Positions 1 through 13,143 of a DNA stretch of 64,000 bases are shown here, piece by piece; the stretch's first letter is position 1, and every line of letters starts with the position of its first letter. The position numbers were made by a program, and so were the translations under genes. The notes under the pieces were generated by a model. That model made no database searches, had not been told where the DNA came from, and worked only from the letters and a program-made list of their open reading frames with translations. Source of the DNA: Psilocybe cubensis (Eukaryota); contig CM039001.1 of NCBI GenBank assembly GCA_017499595.2, positions 2,480,001 to 2,544,000 of the forward strand, written 5' to 3'.

Positions 1-304
1 ACCTTCACCGCCTTCGTGGCATCCTGCCCCTCCAAAATTACGGGAAGCCGTGATTAACTCTGGAAAAACATGGCAGGGAGACTATGTCAACTTGGCGGTT
101 GGCTTCTCTATTCGCCAAACTGGATCTGCAGAAAAACCGTTACCGTTGGTAATCGGATTTAGTTCTCCTCGTGAGGTTCACGAAGCCGTGAAGGTATGGA
201 GAGAAATTCAAGATGGAGCCGAAGAAAGAATACAAGGAGAAAATAGAGCACGCAATGTGTATAATGAATTGGGATATTTGGATTGGTCGTGGGCCTCTCC
301 GTAA
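1..304 (+). CDS. 3' end of an aldo-keto reductase, D-arabinose/L-galactose dehydrogenase (ARA2-like); truncated by the window edge
   Basis: The frame open from base 2 reads PSPPSWHPAPPKLR...PLVIGFSSPREVHEA...GYLDWSWASP*. The PPxWHPA motif and the WSWxSP C-terminus are typical of this AKR subgroup. Confidence 0.7.
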   Translation, partial: PSPPSWHPAPPKLREAVINSGKTWQGDYVNLAVGFSIRQTGSAEKPLPLVIGFSSPREVHEAVKVWREIQDGAEERIQGENRARNVYNELGYLDWSWASP

Positions 305-439
305 ATTAAATAGTAAATATCTACAGACGTCATGGTCGATAGTATTGTGAGAAATCGTGACCAATTGCAAATTATAACATCCGTAATCTCTCTAGAGCTC
401 TTAACGCGTTGATCTTGGACTACAACTTGCTTCCTTACA

Positions 440-2355
440 ATGGGTGTAGACGGACTCATATTCCTGGACAACAACGGGTTAGTTTCTTGCATTATAAAAA
501 TCTACCTTTCAACTTGAACGTATCTACCTACAGACGGCCTATCATTCAGTCGGGATTTCGTTCGACCACTCCAGCTTACCCCCTCCTCCACATTGATGCA
601 GTGAATAACGCGATTTCAAAGGCTCCTCGACCCGAAGACGTTGATCCAGTTGTCCACGTATCTGCGTACAACATTGATGACTCTCCCGGTGCTTGTTGCC
701 ATGTCCAGTGCGCGGACATGAGAATCCTCTGTCCCATTAGCGGAAATGGTACGTTATGCGCCTCTCTGACACCCAGCCAGATGTGAATTGAACGAAAAGT
801 GGATCCACTATTTGGGTTTGCCTTTATCCAGACATTTATTGACATATTGCACGAATATTTTGGCTCCATTTCTTCTCTGATACTCAGGGAAAACTTTGAT
901 GTCGTATATCAAGTATGTCATCTCTACATCGAGCTCAATGGCGTGTCTGAACGGTCGGTTTAGCTCTTGGAAGAAACTCTTGACTCCGGAGGTCATCCTC
1001 TGACAACCTCTTCTAATGCCCTTCGCGATATCGTCCTTCCGCCGTCCTTATTAAACAAACTTCTTAGTGTTGCTGGCGCGAATATAAACACGACGATTAA
1101 CTCTGGCTCTGGCCTCGGTGCTGCTGGTGGTGCATTTTCGTCACCCATACCATGGCGTAAAGCTGGCCTGAGATACGCCTCTAACGAGATATACTTTGAT
1201 ATGGTTGAAAAGTTAAAAGCTGTCGTTAATCGGTGAGTGCGTTTGATCTTTGCATCTGCTCCTTCCTTAAGCAAGAGGTTGCCTCAGGAACGGTGTCTCT
1301 CTCGCTAGTACCGTCGTAGGCAAGATAGAAACAAATTCTAGACTATCTGGTCAGTGCGTTCCTGCTGCTATAGGTGTTATCTAACAATTAATTATCGTCC
1401 GTATTTTTAGGAACACCTGATTGTCTCCTATCGTTTACAAACCCTCAAGTCCTTGCCGATTGTGCATTCCATCCATGTATTCGGTACGTTTAGTAGTATA
1501 ACACTTATCTGAGTTATTCGATAAACTCATAGTCGATACAGCCTTAACAGATGGTCCAGGGATAAAACATTTTCGTTTGTTCCTCCGGATGGGAAGTTCA
1601 TACTTGCAGAATACCGATACTCACCAAATCCCTCCACATCAGCTACTGGGTCATCAGCTCCTCCTACCGTCAGGGATAACGTTCCTATACCATTCGTACT
1701 GAAACCTAACTTTGATATCGAGGACCAAACCGGTACGTGCAGTTGTCGATCTTGACTTGGTAGGTTTGTGGGCTAACGGAGGGGAAATGCAGTTTCTTTT
1801 GACGTAACGTTGACCTCCCGGTTAAATGGGCGGTCTTTAGAAAATCTTGTTATCGAATTGAATTTAGGAGAAGGAGCTTCGGGTATTAAATGCGTAGCTG
1901 GTCGGGGAACGGGTGGCCTGGGTCGTGGAGGTATCGGGGCAATGGACGTCGTTGGTGGAAGTAGTGGAGCATCGTGGGCGTTTGATTCTCGAAAGAAGGT
2001 ATGTCGCTAAATGATACAACCTGTAAAATCTGAAGACCTCACTGACGATTATATCAAAGGTGTTGAAATGGGAGATCATCAATGTTCCACCTTCGAGCAG
2101 TTGGAATCTTCGAGGATCATTCTCTACCCCGTGAGTATGCTGACATCTACAAGATCATTAACATCTCTGACGTTGATCATTAATAGGCCAAGCATTGTTC
2201 CTCGACCATCGCATGCGTTGCAAGTGAAATTCGAGATACAGTCGTACACATTCTCCTCATTGAAAGTTGAACAACTCAAAATCATCGGCGAAACCTACAA
2301 GCCATACAAGGGAGTTAGGGGTAGATCTATTGGCGATGTTGAATGGCGATGGTAA
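440..2355 (+). CDS. APM3: AP-3 adaptor complex medium (mu3) subunit, multi-exon
   Basis: MGVDGLIFLDNNG/RPIIQ start; IPWRKAGLRYASNEIYFD; FHPCIR; FSFVPPDGKF; C-terminal YKPYKGVR. Confidence 0.88.
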
Positions 2356-2559
2356 AAGCACATAAAGGGATAAGACTTGTCCGACTCAAGATTGCCGGGA
2401 GGGATACAAAAAGCTCATTGAAAATGGTAGATTGTAGTACTTAATGAAAAGGCCGACTAGTTTACATTGGGATGAAATTATGTACGCATGCAGATTGAGT
2501 AAACCCTATGAGGAAGAACACGAAAACATTTCGAAAGGCGCGATGAAACAAAGGGACAT

Positions 2560-4824
2560 TTATCTTGTCCTGATAATGCCAGCGTTTACCAATTTTTGAA
2601 TCTTGGAACGTACGACAGGGTTCTTCATGTGGTCCTGCAGAGCCTGTGGATCGGATTGCGCTTGTTGCAGGATCTGTTGCATAACGGGGTCGTTCATGAT
2701 ACCCTGTTGACGACATTAAGTACAATAAACAACATGGCTCTGGCAAGATAAAACGTACTGCAACTTCGGGGTCCCGCATAGCCCTTTCCAGCGTCTGTTC
2801 CTGTGACTCCTCGCCACGTTGGCTGTACAGCGCCTGTTGAATTTTGAGATCAACCTGAGAGATTTCCTTTGTATGCTGGTGTTCCGTGTCGATTTCACTG
2901 GCTTCTTGAATGGCCTCAAGAGCCTTCGTGTATTCACGCATTCCATGGAGGATGTTTGATTTGCGAATGTATGCTTTGACTGTTTCCCATCACAACTAGG
3001 ATGAATATATAAAAAGGTATCAGATACAAAAAAAAACGCACCGAATTTGGGGTCCACTTTGATGGCCTCATTGGCGTCTTTCAACGCCTCCGGAAGAGCC
3101 GCAAGCTTCATGTAAGCAGCAGCTCTGTTGTTGTACCCTCTAGCATCAGCTGGATCGCGTTTGATACTCTCTGTGTAATCCTTGACGGCACCAGCAAAGT
3201 CGCCAGCCTTAAACTTCACATTACCCTCTTCACGAGCGACAGCACTCTTCTCAGGATCGATATATGCTTGGCGGTCGGCTTCTGCCTTTTGTCGCTCGAC
3301 TTCACGTAGCTTGTTGAGGATGTCAGGTGTTCGGTGTTCAGTCAATGATTTTTGATAGTACTTGATGGCAGAGTCAAGATCACCCTTCTTCTGGTAGGCA
3401 GATCCTAGGCGACCAAGAGCCTTCGCGATGAGTTTGTAATCGGCACGGATCTGTATGGAACAATGAATTATTTGTCGTTATCATTTATAGACATTCATTT
3501 ACGCACTTCACGACCAGATTCCACGGCCTTTTCACAAGTCTCAATAGTTTTGTCGAAATCGCCCTTCTCGAAGTATGCGGCTGGAGTAATAAAAAGTTAA
3601 TGCGGGCGGTACTGGCAGAAATAGTCGCTACATACCACCAAGGTTGGTAAGATACGTGAGATCCTTCGGCCAAGTGTCCCAGGCAAGCTGGAAGTTTTTG
3701 ATGGCTTCGTCAAATTGTCTCTGCTTGTACGCAGCATTACCAGCGGCTTTGGCAGCTTCAGATTCCTTCTTGGCGCGAGCTTCATCATCATCTTCCTCCA
3801 TTTCAACATCTTCCTGAGCAGGAGCAGGAGGAGGCGGGGTTGGCTGAGTTGGCTTTGATGACGAGGCTTTAGGGGGAGGGGGTGAAGAAGGAGTGGCCTG
3901 TGGTTTTTGGAATCCCTCGGGCATTTCATCTGAGCCTTCCGGCCGAGTTGTTGCCTGGAGGTCAATACCCATCAATGCTCCAAGGACATCAATCATTCTA
4001 GGATCTTGCAATGCTCTATAAAATTATGAAATTAGACATTCAAGATTCAAGTAGTGCATTGAGTAGTTTTGACATACGAGTCAGCCAGACGAGGATTCTG
4101 TTGAATCATATTTATCTGCAGAAAGACGAGTTAAAATCATCGACATCGGCGATTGTATGGGTATGCACCTTTTGTACGAAGGATGGATCAGCCAAATGCT
4201 TAGCTGTGCGGGGGTTGGCAGCGAGTTTTCCGAAGAGATTAGGATCTGAGAACATTTTCCCGAGACCAAGGCCTTCATCAGCGCCAGCGTTGGCTATGGA
4301 CAGAAAGTTAATGGGTGAACAAACGCCAGAATGATCCCGTAAATACCTTTGGCATCCTGAACCTCTTGCAATCCCTTTCTGAGGGCAGGGCTATCCTCCA
4401 ATTTTAGGCCCTCCTCGTAGGCAGCGATCGCATCGTCATATCGTCTTGCACCGTGCAGCGCGGCGCCTTTACGCGCATAACCCTTTGACCATGAAGGGTT
4501 CACTTTAATGCACTGAAATTAATGAGAAAGGAATTCAGATCCTGATCACAGGTATCGGGAGAACGTAAGAGAAAAAACGCACCTCATCGGCATCTGCAAG
4601 GGCATCGGCATATTGCTTCTTGCCAACCTTGGCTGCACTTCGGTTAGACCAAAGGACATGGTTTTTGGGGTCGAGAGCAATAGCCTGTGTAAACAAATCG
4701 ATGGCTTTATCGTAATCTTTGGCGGCAAAGGCTTTATTGCCGAGATCCTTTAGTGCGTTTGCCTATGGGATGAGGTAAGACATGCAGTGTCCGCTGAAGG
4801 AAAACAAAGACTTACGTCGGACAT
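2560..4824 (-). CDS. STI1: Hsp70/Hsp90 co-chaperone Sti1/Hop (TPR1-DP1-TPR2A-TPR2B-DP2)
   Basis: [45 protein letters not shown] repeats RDPEV; ends GIIRTR*. The first exon is ATGTCCGAC. Confidence 0.96.
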
Positions 4825-4907
4825 GATAATACTTTCAGCAGGAAGAATTGACTGGAAACCAAGTAAACTTGGAGGTTTATTATAACCAAGGGACGCCCAC
4901 TTTAGCT

Positions 4908-4921
4908 ATTCTTCTAGAAAG
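4908..4921. promoter_or_regulatory. Heat-shock element core upstream of STI1
   Basis: TTCTAGAA (inverted nGAAn pair) at 4912-4919, about 90 nt upstream of the STI1 ATG, with a TATA-like TTATAATAA on the minus strand near 4877-4885. Confidence 0.6.
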
Positions 4922-5052
4922 TGCTACACGCTTCGTCCGTATCGATCACGCGCAGCGCTGTTTGGATCACACTATCAGACGCGTCCATAGACTTCACTCG
5001 AGTTCTAATCGCAGATACATCCGATGACTACAGGTATAGTTATAATAATATT

Positions 5053-6319
5053 CTACTGTTCCATCTCAGGACGACTTGAAGGCCACCAATTTGGCCACCA
5101 CGGCGAAACCTCCCACTTGGCTGAATTAGCTTGATCCAAACTTTCTATCTCCAACTTGAGGTCTCCTCTTTCAACGCCTGAGAGATGTTCTAGTCGCATC
5201 AATGCCAGGCCAACACCCTTATGGACGCTGAGAAGTTTCCCCGATCCTCTGGGACGCGGACCTTGCCTCTCTGTATTGACCACGACTGGCTTTATTTCAA
5301 GATCATCAGGTAAAGGGTTCTCCCTCAAGACTTGGTTGCTAGAAAATTGTGAGTGAGATCAAAGGCACGGTTCAAATAGCTTACTTGTGAATTGCAACAG
5401 GGACTATGCGTTTTCGAATGACGCCCGTATGGTAGGTGCGCACTGTAAGTTCTTGGCCGACATAACAGCCTTTGCGGAAGTCCACTATCCAGACGTCAGA
5501 AATGCAAAGACCAAACGTTGGAGATAAAATCATACATCCACCCATGACATCGAGATTACAATCCATTGGAAACGCATGCATAGGCGGGATATCTACGACC
5601 CCTTCTGGAACACCATGGAGAATTCTGTGAAGGGTGTATTCATCTGAAGGAACGGTGTCGTGTGTGGCCGAGTCCTGTGCTGAATTCTATTCAAGGCAGG
5701 TTAAAGAGAGAGAGAGGGCATTCCCTACGAGGTTCTCCCTTCCTTACAAGCATTCGGCGGCCCATATTAACAGCTCTTCTGTCGTTTATTACGCATTCGT
5801 GTGTTCCCCAAGGCCATTCGTGCGATGAATCCCATACGGGTTCAACCGCACCGCTCCGTGCCCAATTCCACTGTCTTTCTGACTCCCATTCATGATCTTT
5901 TAATGAGCCCCATGCTGCCCAAACGTCATATTCCTCAGTTACATTTCTGATCTTCACCTTTGAGCGTAGGACATGTCGTTTCAAGTAGGATAGCAGTGGA
6001 GGAGCCTCGGAATTTCTCGAGTCAAACTCCAGGAGATACCCGTTGGATGTAGAGTACAGAAATAGGTCGTACATGATTCGGCCCTATATGTAATCATGTT
6101 TGTTCAAGTCAAAGCACCCCACGAAGGAACTAGAATGCGTGCCTGTGCGTGCAAGAACGATGTATATTGGCTTCTAGGTGGATCTTGAACTGAGGAAGAC
6201 AGAAGGCCATTGAGAAATTGTGTCGCTTGCGAGCCACTGACAGACAAAACTGCTCTGTTGAGTATGGGAGCAACTGAGGGCGTTGTCCGCAGCAGATGGC
6301 GGACAATTGGTGGAGACAT
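5053..6319 (-). CDS. IBA57: Mitochondrial Fe-S assembly factor Iba57/Caf17 (YgfZ family)
   Basis: Signature [34 protein letters not shown]; presequence-like start [12 protein letters not shown]. Confidence 0.93.
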
Positions 6320-6425
6320 TGGTAAGAGTGGTGGGCAACTTCGTACCCATTGCGCCTCGAATACCCGCACATCCACGTGAGCGAGAATAATTTACGCGTA
6401 GAGCGTCTTGTTTTTTGCCTCCATC

Positions 6426-6771
6426 ATGGCTTCGTCTTGCCAAAACCTTATTGCTGCCCTCAAAGATTGTCTCAAGTATACCGACTGTGTGCTTAAAGAC
6501 GGGCGCAAACCTTCCGAATGTCTCAAAAATCATTTTGACGAGTTGCCAGAAGAGTGCCAGTCTTTGCGGAAAGCTACGTTCGAGTGTAAACGAAGCATGG
6601 TGTGTTTTTTCAGCCAGTGATTACCTTATGCCAGGTTAACCAGTTACCTAACAGCTGGATATGAGAAAGCGTTTCCGAGGGAACATCGTTGGTACACAGT
6701 TCGAATTCACCCCGAGAACGCCACCTTCAATACCCTCATCTGACCCCCCGGCAACCTCTTCTCCTACCTAA
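6426..6771 (+). CDS. PET191: Cytochrome c oxidase assembly factor Coa5/Pet191
   Basis: MASSCQ...DCLKYTDCV...ECL...ELPEECQSLRKATFECKRSM/LDMRKRFRGN (two exons). Confidence 0.92.
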
Positions 6772-6912
6772 TCATGTCGCATTTTATATAGGCAATACAG
6801 CACCTGAGAGAGAAGTGACATGAACGAGGCTTTGCCCGTCGGCCTGATGATTAAGGGCGCCTTTGGTCTGCTATGAGATCACCGTATTCCATCAGCGCCA
6901 TATTGCTATGGA

Positions 6913-6919
6913 TGACTCA
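6913..6919 (+). promoter_or_regulatory. AP-1/Gcn4-type bZIP site upstream of GST
   Basis: TGACTCA at 6913-6919 and TGAATCA at 6961-6967; TATA-like elements at 6972 (CATAAATA) and 7059 (TATAAAA). Confidence 0.4.
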
Positions 6920-7112
6920 GAAACTCAAACTGCTTACAATCACCCGCCATTCGTCAGTGCTGAATCATGTGCATAAATATAACAGGTGCTCACTTCGGAA
7001 ATGTTCCATGCGAGTTTTCGCGCGTATATTTACCCAAGTTTCTCATCGAGCTGAGTACTATAAAACCTCCCACCAACTCCTCCTTCCATTACTTCACAGA
7101 GATATCACCACA

Positions 7113-8152
7113 ATGTCTACCACTACCGACAAGCCCATTACACTTTACACGGCTGGCACTCCTAACGGCCATCCAGTTTCAGTCATTCTTGAAGAGTTGA
7201 AGGCGATTAACCCTGCCGTTGACTACAAGTGAGCCATGCCAGGCATGAGGATCTCCGCTGTCCTAACAATCCTACAGTGTCGTCAAAATCGACATTTCAA
7301 AGAACACCCAGAAAGTAATATCTTTGGCACCCAATTACTGTTGTATCGTGGCTGACAATTACGATAGGAGGATTGGTTTATCAAAATGAATCCTAACGGA
7401 AGAATCCCTGTGATAGTCGACCATGCCCGTAACAATTTCCCCGTCTTTGAAACATCCGCCATTTTGCTCTACCTTGCCCAACACTACGATAAAAACCATG
7501 AATTCTGGTTCGATGCGGAGAAGGATCCTGACAACTACAGTGAACTGTTACAGTGGATATTTTTTGCAGTAAGCTTTTTGACTGTCTTTAGCAGCGATAG
7601 ATGCTAAAGGCAGATTGCAGCACGGGGGTGTAGGCCCAATGCAAGGTCAATGTAAGGTGCTTTAACTTGATGAATAAAATAGAGGGCTCATCCCATGGCC
7701 AGCCAACCATTTCAACCGATATGCACCGGAAGATATTCCATACGCCAAGAAGCGTGAGTAATAACTTACTGTTTTTTACCACAAGTTACTGAAATATGTA
7801 TATAGGCTACCTTGAAGAGACGAAGCGCCTTTATGGCGTACTTGAGATACGTCTGAAGGACCGTGATTATCTTGCAGGTTCCGGGAGGGGAAAGTATACT
7901 GTTGCTGATATCAAAACGGTTACCTGGTATGTGCATAATCCCTATTCCTTTGAAGTACGTTGCATTTATCAAATCCCTTCAGGGTCCGCATCCATAAATT
8001 TGCGGGAGTCGAGGACCTTGAGGCCTGGCCGGCCGTCAAGGTGAATGGTTTCAGCACTTTACAAAAAGATACATACTTACTACTTTCTTCAGGCATGGGT
8101 GGCCCGATGCTTGGAAAGGCCTGCAGTCCAGACGGGTATTCAGATTCCCTAA
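7113..8152 (+). CDS. Glutathione S-transferase, Ure2p/YfcG-like class
   Basis: [57 protein letters not shown]. Confidence 0.92.
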
Positions 8153-8316
8153 TTATGCAAAGATAGTCGTATATACGTGATGTACTATAGTCGTGAAAGA
8201 AATATGTAAATAGCCTGTTGCGGAGACATTTCCTGATTTAGCATGCGGAACAACAAAGAGCAACAAGTGGTACTTAATGAGTACGGAGAACGGCGGCGAG
8301 TTGGACTCTTATCATA

Positions 8317-9536
8317 ATGCTCCTTCGTGCTCTGCCGCGTATTTGTCGCGCCGCACCCATCGACTCGCACCTATCATCACCAAAGGCTTTCGTTGCTGTC
8401 TCATGCAGGGATATCCATACAGAACCACTTTCCATTGGGGATCCTCCGACACCGGAGTCGAGTGTCTCCATGTCCCCTCACCCTCATGACCCGTCGGGGT
8501 CAGGCTCGACCCCCTTTTCTTCACCATCGTCTTCGTCAGGCTACTCAGGAAATTCGACTCCTCCAAAATCACCACCACCGGCGAGCAATGACGAAGCCGC
8601 ACCGTCAGTCCCCGTTTCCGGGGTTCCGACGACCTACATGGCCAACCCTTCGTTTCGGAGTCCTACGTATTCAAGCCCGCCATTTCATACACACGCTTTC
8701 TTTACTGCATTAGAGAAGACATTTCCTGAAGAAACTGCCAGGAGCTTGATGCGTGCATCGCGTGCTCTGCTCGTGGATCGGATAGGGAGGGTGCGGAGAG
8801 AAGGCTTAGCGGTCAAGGATCTGGACAACGTGCGCTCTAAACCAACTCAAGAAAGCCTACACTGATGCGTGTTTGTCTGCTCTTCTACAGCAAGCATACC
8901 TGTTTCGAGCTGCGCTCTCGGAACTACGAGCTGAAATGACCATGAACACTAAGAACGATTCTGCTGCTATCCGTGCCGCTACTGCGGCCCTCCGGCGCGA
9001 GGTAGATCGCCTGGACGTCAAGATGAAAGAAGACATTGGAAATCTCAAGCATGAGTTAGCATTGGTTCTCTGTATATTTGCGATGTGATTATCCCATACA
9101 TATGTGCAGGATCCAAATGGAACTTGACAGCAGGAAAAACGAGGCGAAAGCAGACCTAAAACAGCAGGATATCAGCATTGAGGTGAGTTGTCAATTAATC
9201 GGGTATTGTGTGTGGTGTTAATCTGCATGCGTAGGAACTATTAAACAAAGCTGTTGTCAGTGTCAGCGACTTGCGAACGGATGTCGAGGAAATCAAGTGG
9301 GACATTATGCGTAAAACTGTTGGTAAGTATCTTCTAACCGTACTTATACACACATCTTGGCTGAACGAAAGTCTGTGAAATTAGTAACCCTATCAGGATT
9401 TGTGGTCGTTATAATCGCCATGATGGAATTTCAGCCTAGTCAACCCAAGTCATCCTCGCGCAAATCGATACCTCCACCCCGACCAGATGTCAATATACCA
9501 ACAGAAGGGCTGGAAAGAACAGAATGGGTCACTTAG
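8317..9536 (+). CDS. Mitochondrial CCDC90/MCUR1 (DUF1640, Fmp32/Put7-like) coiled-coil protein
   Basis: [27 protein letters not shown]; coiled coil; [12 protein letters not shown] followed by a C-terminal TM segment; presequence-like start. Confidence 0.82.
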
Positions 9537-9678
9537 ACCTGTATGCATAGACTAGATGATCTGACTCCAGATATAATAGATGCTAATATCCAATCCTTTA
9601 ATATAGTACACCTGTAATACAATTGTATACTAGTCAAAGCATACCTCATCTCCCTCAAAAGAAATATCTACCAAGCAT

Positions 9679-10305
9679 CTATTTGACGTCAAGCTTCTCA
9701 AGTTTGTTGGATAGCTCCGCTGTGGCATCAGGTGTCGAAGACGTCCTTTCTGTCGTTGTTGCAGCAGGCTTTTCTGCATTCGCTGATTCCTTGGTCGTAG
9801 TCGGCGTTGGTTTATCATCATCATCATCATCCCAGTTCTCTGGAACATCTGCCTTGTCCTCTTTCTCCTTCTCCCTTTTCTCTTTGCGCTTTAGATTCTT
9901 CTTTGCGCTCTTAGATAGGGGCTTTCCAGCCGAATTTGATGCAGCCGTGCTTGTAGGAGGCGGAGCCCAACCAATGATATGCCCCTTTGGCAGTGCGTTT
10001 GCATCCATCTGGGCCTGCTTTGTCCCGCGGAACCGACGAACGTCTTCCTGTGGTGTGAATCCTGGTCGGATTTTAATTTGTTTGCGAACACTGGAGACGG
10101 ATGCGAGTAGAAATTTGAATGAGATAGAGGCATCATCGTGCAGTTATTCGAGGTTAAAGAAGGGCAAACTACGATATGAAGGGAGAGTGGGCAACACATA
10201 CGTTCCATCTGGGCGGCGTGATTCTGGGATAACGCGCTCGAGAGTTTGGGGATCAACTGTAATGCCGGCAACGGTCTTTTCAGGATTTAAAGGAGGACGC
10301 GACAT
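9679..10305 (-). CDS. PYM1: Partner of Y14-Mago (PYM1/WIBG)
   Basis: Spliced N-terminus ERVIPESRRPDGT/VRKQIKIRPGFTPQED (Mago-binding domain), then a basic KSAKKNLKRKEKR tract and poly-Asp encoded by a (TCA)n tract near 9814-9830. Confidence 0.88.
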
Positions 10306-10441
10306 TATAGATGGCGTAGACGATGAGCGGGATGGATGGGATTGTGACTTGCTCTAATCAGCTGCGGACTTTGAATCTGTGATTAGAGCACTGCTCCCGG
10401 TGTCTACGAACTCATCAACATTTTGCACCTCGACTAATAGT

Positions 10442-11732
10442 ATGCGGTACGCCGTTCTCATCACAGGCCCTGCTGGGGCCGGGAAATCAACCTTTACACG
10501 CGCGTATTTAAATCATCTGAGACTCCAGAAGCGGACGGCCCATCTGGTAAACCTCGATCCAGCTGCTTCACCGACAAGCTTCGAGGTCGAACCTGTAATT
10601 GACATCAAGGATCTCGTCAGTCTCGAAGACGTCATGACTGAGCTCGAGTATGGTCCCAACGGTGGTCTGGTGTACTGCTTTGAGTGAGTGAGTGATGAGA
10701 TAGCCACTCAGTCCTTCTTCGGTCCAGGAGCAACGTTTGACCGTGCCGAATGATTGCAGGTATTTAATGCAAAACATGGATTGGCTAGAGGAAGAACTGG
10801 GCGGGTTCGAAGATGATTATCTTGTCTTTGACTGTCCAGGTATACCTCAACTTTGATTTGACGTTTCAAGATCATACTCAATCTTTTTCATAGGCCAAAT
10901 TGAACTTTATACGCATCATCCGTTCCTTCCAACCCTTGTGCAAAACCTGACTAGACTAGGCGTCCGAGTCTGTGCTACGTATCTTATAGAATCACAATTT
11001 ATGGAAGATCGTTACAAATTTTTCAGGTAGGTTCATCTGGTCCATCGTCTATCATCTCCAAAATTAATGTTTCAGAAAGTGGTGTCCTGTCTGCTATGTC
11101 TGCCATGGTTAACCTAGAAATACCGTGGATCAACATCATGTCCAAGATGGATTTAGTAACGACAAATCCAGACAACAAATCGGCAGGCGCAAGGAACGGC
11201 CTTAGGCGACGAAAAGACATTGCTCGGTAAGCGTCCTGTTTCTCTTCTGTGACCAATTCTACTTCCGGTTATTTGGATTCTTTTCTTTGATTACTTTATT
11301 CAACTCATTGAAAGGGCTGAATAATAATATCGCCGCTACAGTTACCTTGATCCAGATCCCCTGCTACTTGCTACCCGTCGGGGACAGGAAGGCAACACAC
11401 CGAACCCTCGTTTCCATGCCCTAAATCAAGCCATAGTTCAATTGGTGGGTCTTAAGCGCTCGTTGGCCTCTTGGGCGCGCATTTTTTAACCTCTCAATTA
11501 ACGTCAAATGCAGATTGAAGACCACCCGCTAGTTTCTTTTCTGCCGCTGGATCTAACCAACCCTGATTCATTGGAAACGGTGATCAGCCACATCGATTTT
11601 ACCATGCAATATGGAGAGGACGAGGAACCCAAAGAGGTATACTCTGTCATGAAAATTCCATGTTTCCGAAGATTGACTGTTTTCGTTCAGCCCCATGACT
11701 TAGATGAGGGAGATTTCCATGACATGGAGTAG
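10442..11732 (+). CDS. GPN3: GPN-loop GTPase 3
   Basis: [56 protein letters not shown]. Confidence 0.92.
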
Positions 11733-12112
11733 TTTGTGATGCCATATTCCGAATCCCTGATTGTCGAATGCGAGGCATTGAATTGCTTTGCCTCACCCTA
11801 GTGAGATCGTATCTGGTTGGCTGCAGACGTATGCTCAAAAAGTACCTGAACCGCGAGGCTGGAGGGCTCCAGTTAGTGCGGCTGTGTAATATTAAATAAC
11901 ATCTACTTTAGATAAGATATGGGCATTAGCCAGATTTGATGGGAAATGAGATCCGAGGAACACGATCTAAGCAAAGTCGAACCAAACGTTTCGGCACCTT
12001 TTCATTTCCTTACCTGCTCCCTCTCCACAAACTATACTTCTCTATTCACTTATAAGAACACACCTACACCTCAAGTATTCTTTCCCCTCAAGACCCGCCA
12101 AGTTGAAGCATC

Positions 12113-12670
12113 ATGACCACTTATTATCCTTCTCAAGCTGGCTATGCCACCACCCAGCCCATGGTCGCCCAACCGATGGTTGGCTATCCCGCCACGGCGG
12201 GATATGGCCAGTATGGGATGGCGGGCAGCTACGCTCAACCTGGCGGTGTTATGTACGTACCTTCCCGTGGCAGCAGCTACAGGCGCAGACACAGACGACA
12301 CCGCGTTTATAATGATTTCGATTACAGGGTCCAGCCGCAAGTTGCCACCACCATGGGCACACCTATGGTCGTCGTAAGCACACTTTACTGGCCTCAGGTC
12401 TTTCCTTATCGACACTGAACACCGTCTGTCGTCTCATTTCAGCAACCCACCTATGCCACTGGCCATAGTGGATATGGGCATCACTATAACCACTTCTCGA
12501 TCGGCGCGCGCTTGCGTCGTTTCTTCGGCCTCGCTCCTTCTAACGGTGTCAGATATAAATCTGACCGTGGTACCTGGGGGTTCATGGGATACTCGCGTCG
12601 TCAACGATACATGGACCCACGAACAGGCGGAGAGGTTGACCGACACGGTCGACCAGTGTACAGGGTGTAA
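12113..12670 (+). CDS. Small hypothetical protein: Tyr/Gly/Gln-rich N-terminus and Arg-rich C-terminal domain (two exons)
   Basis: ORF 12113 spliced GTAAGC(12374)...TTTCAG into QPTYATGHSGYGHHYNHFSIGARLRRFFGLAP...MDPRTGGEVDRHGRPVYRV*; TATA-like element near 12051. Confidence 0.75.
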
Positions 12671-13143
12671 ATCCTGTCAATATTGATTCCATTACATCAC
12701 ATCTACCTCTACCTGCGACACACCATCGACCAGATGCTATTCCTAAGTCCTTTTTCCACCCCGCTTAAACCTTCTCCTTACGACCTATCATTGCTGGCAA
12801 AACATCAATGAATCACGACTGACGACATACTAGCATTTCGCAATGGCTATCTCTTTTTTGCCGCTACTACTTTCTTTGACTACAAATTGTGTAAAATGAT
12901 GTCGGTCCCCTACAAAACGTGAATGATAAATCATTCGACAGCAAGTAAAAAGAGATCTTCGCACAGGATAAATAAATGGGATACTGCGATAGGTATAGCA
13001 AAATTTAAGAATCGAAAAGAGGTATTTATATTTATAGGTACAACGAACACTTTATAGAATGTTGCTAAGTAATAGTAGGAAATGTAAGTAGAATTGATGA
13101 TAAGGTAAATTAGGCAGTTTGCCGCAAAGGTAGAGAATCAGAT

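Noticed and set aside
9623..10357. 244-aa plus-strand ORF
   Set aside because: Antisense shadow of PYM1.
11227..11341. Longer (~115 nt) GPN3 intron as a snoRNA host
   Set aside because: U-rich, with no clear C/D or H/ACA boxes or terminal stem.
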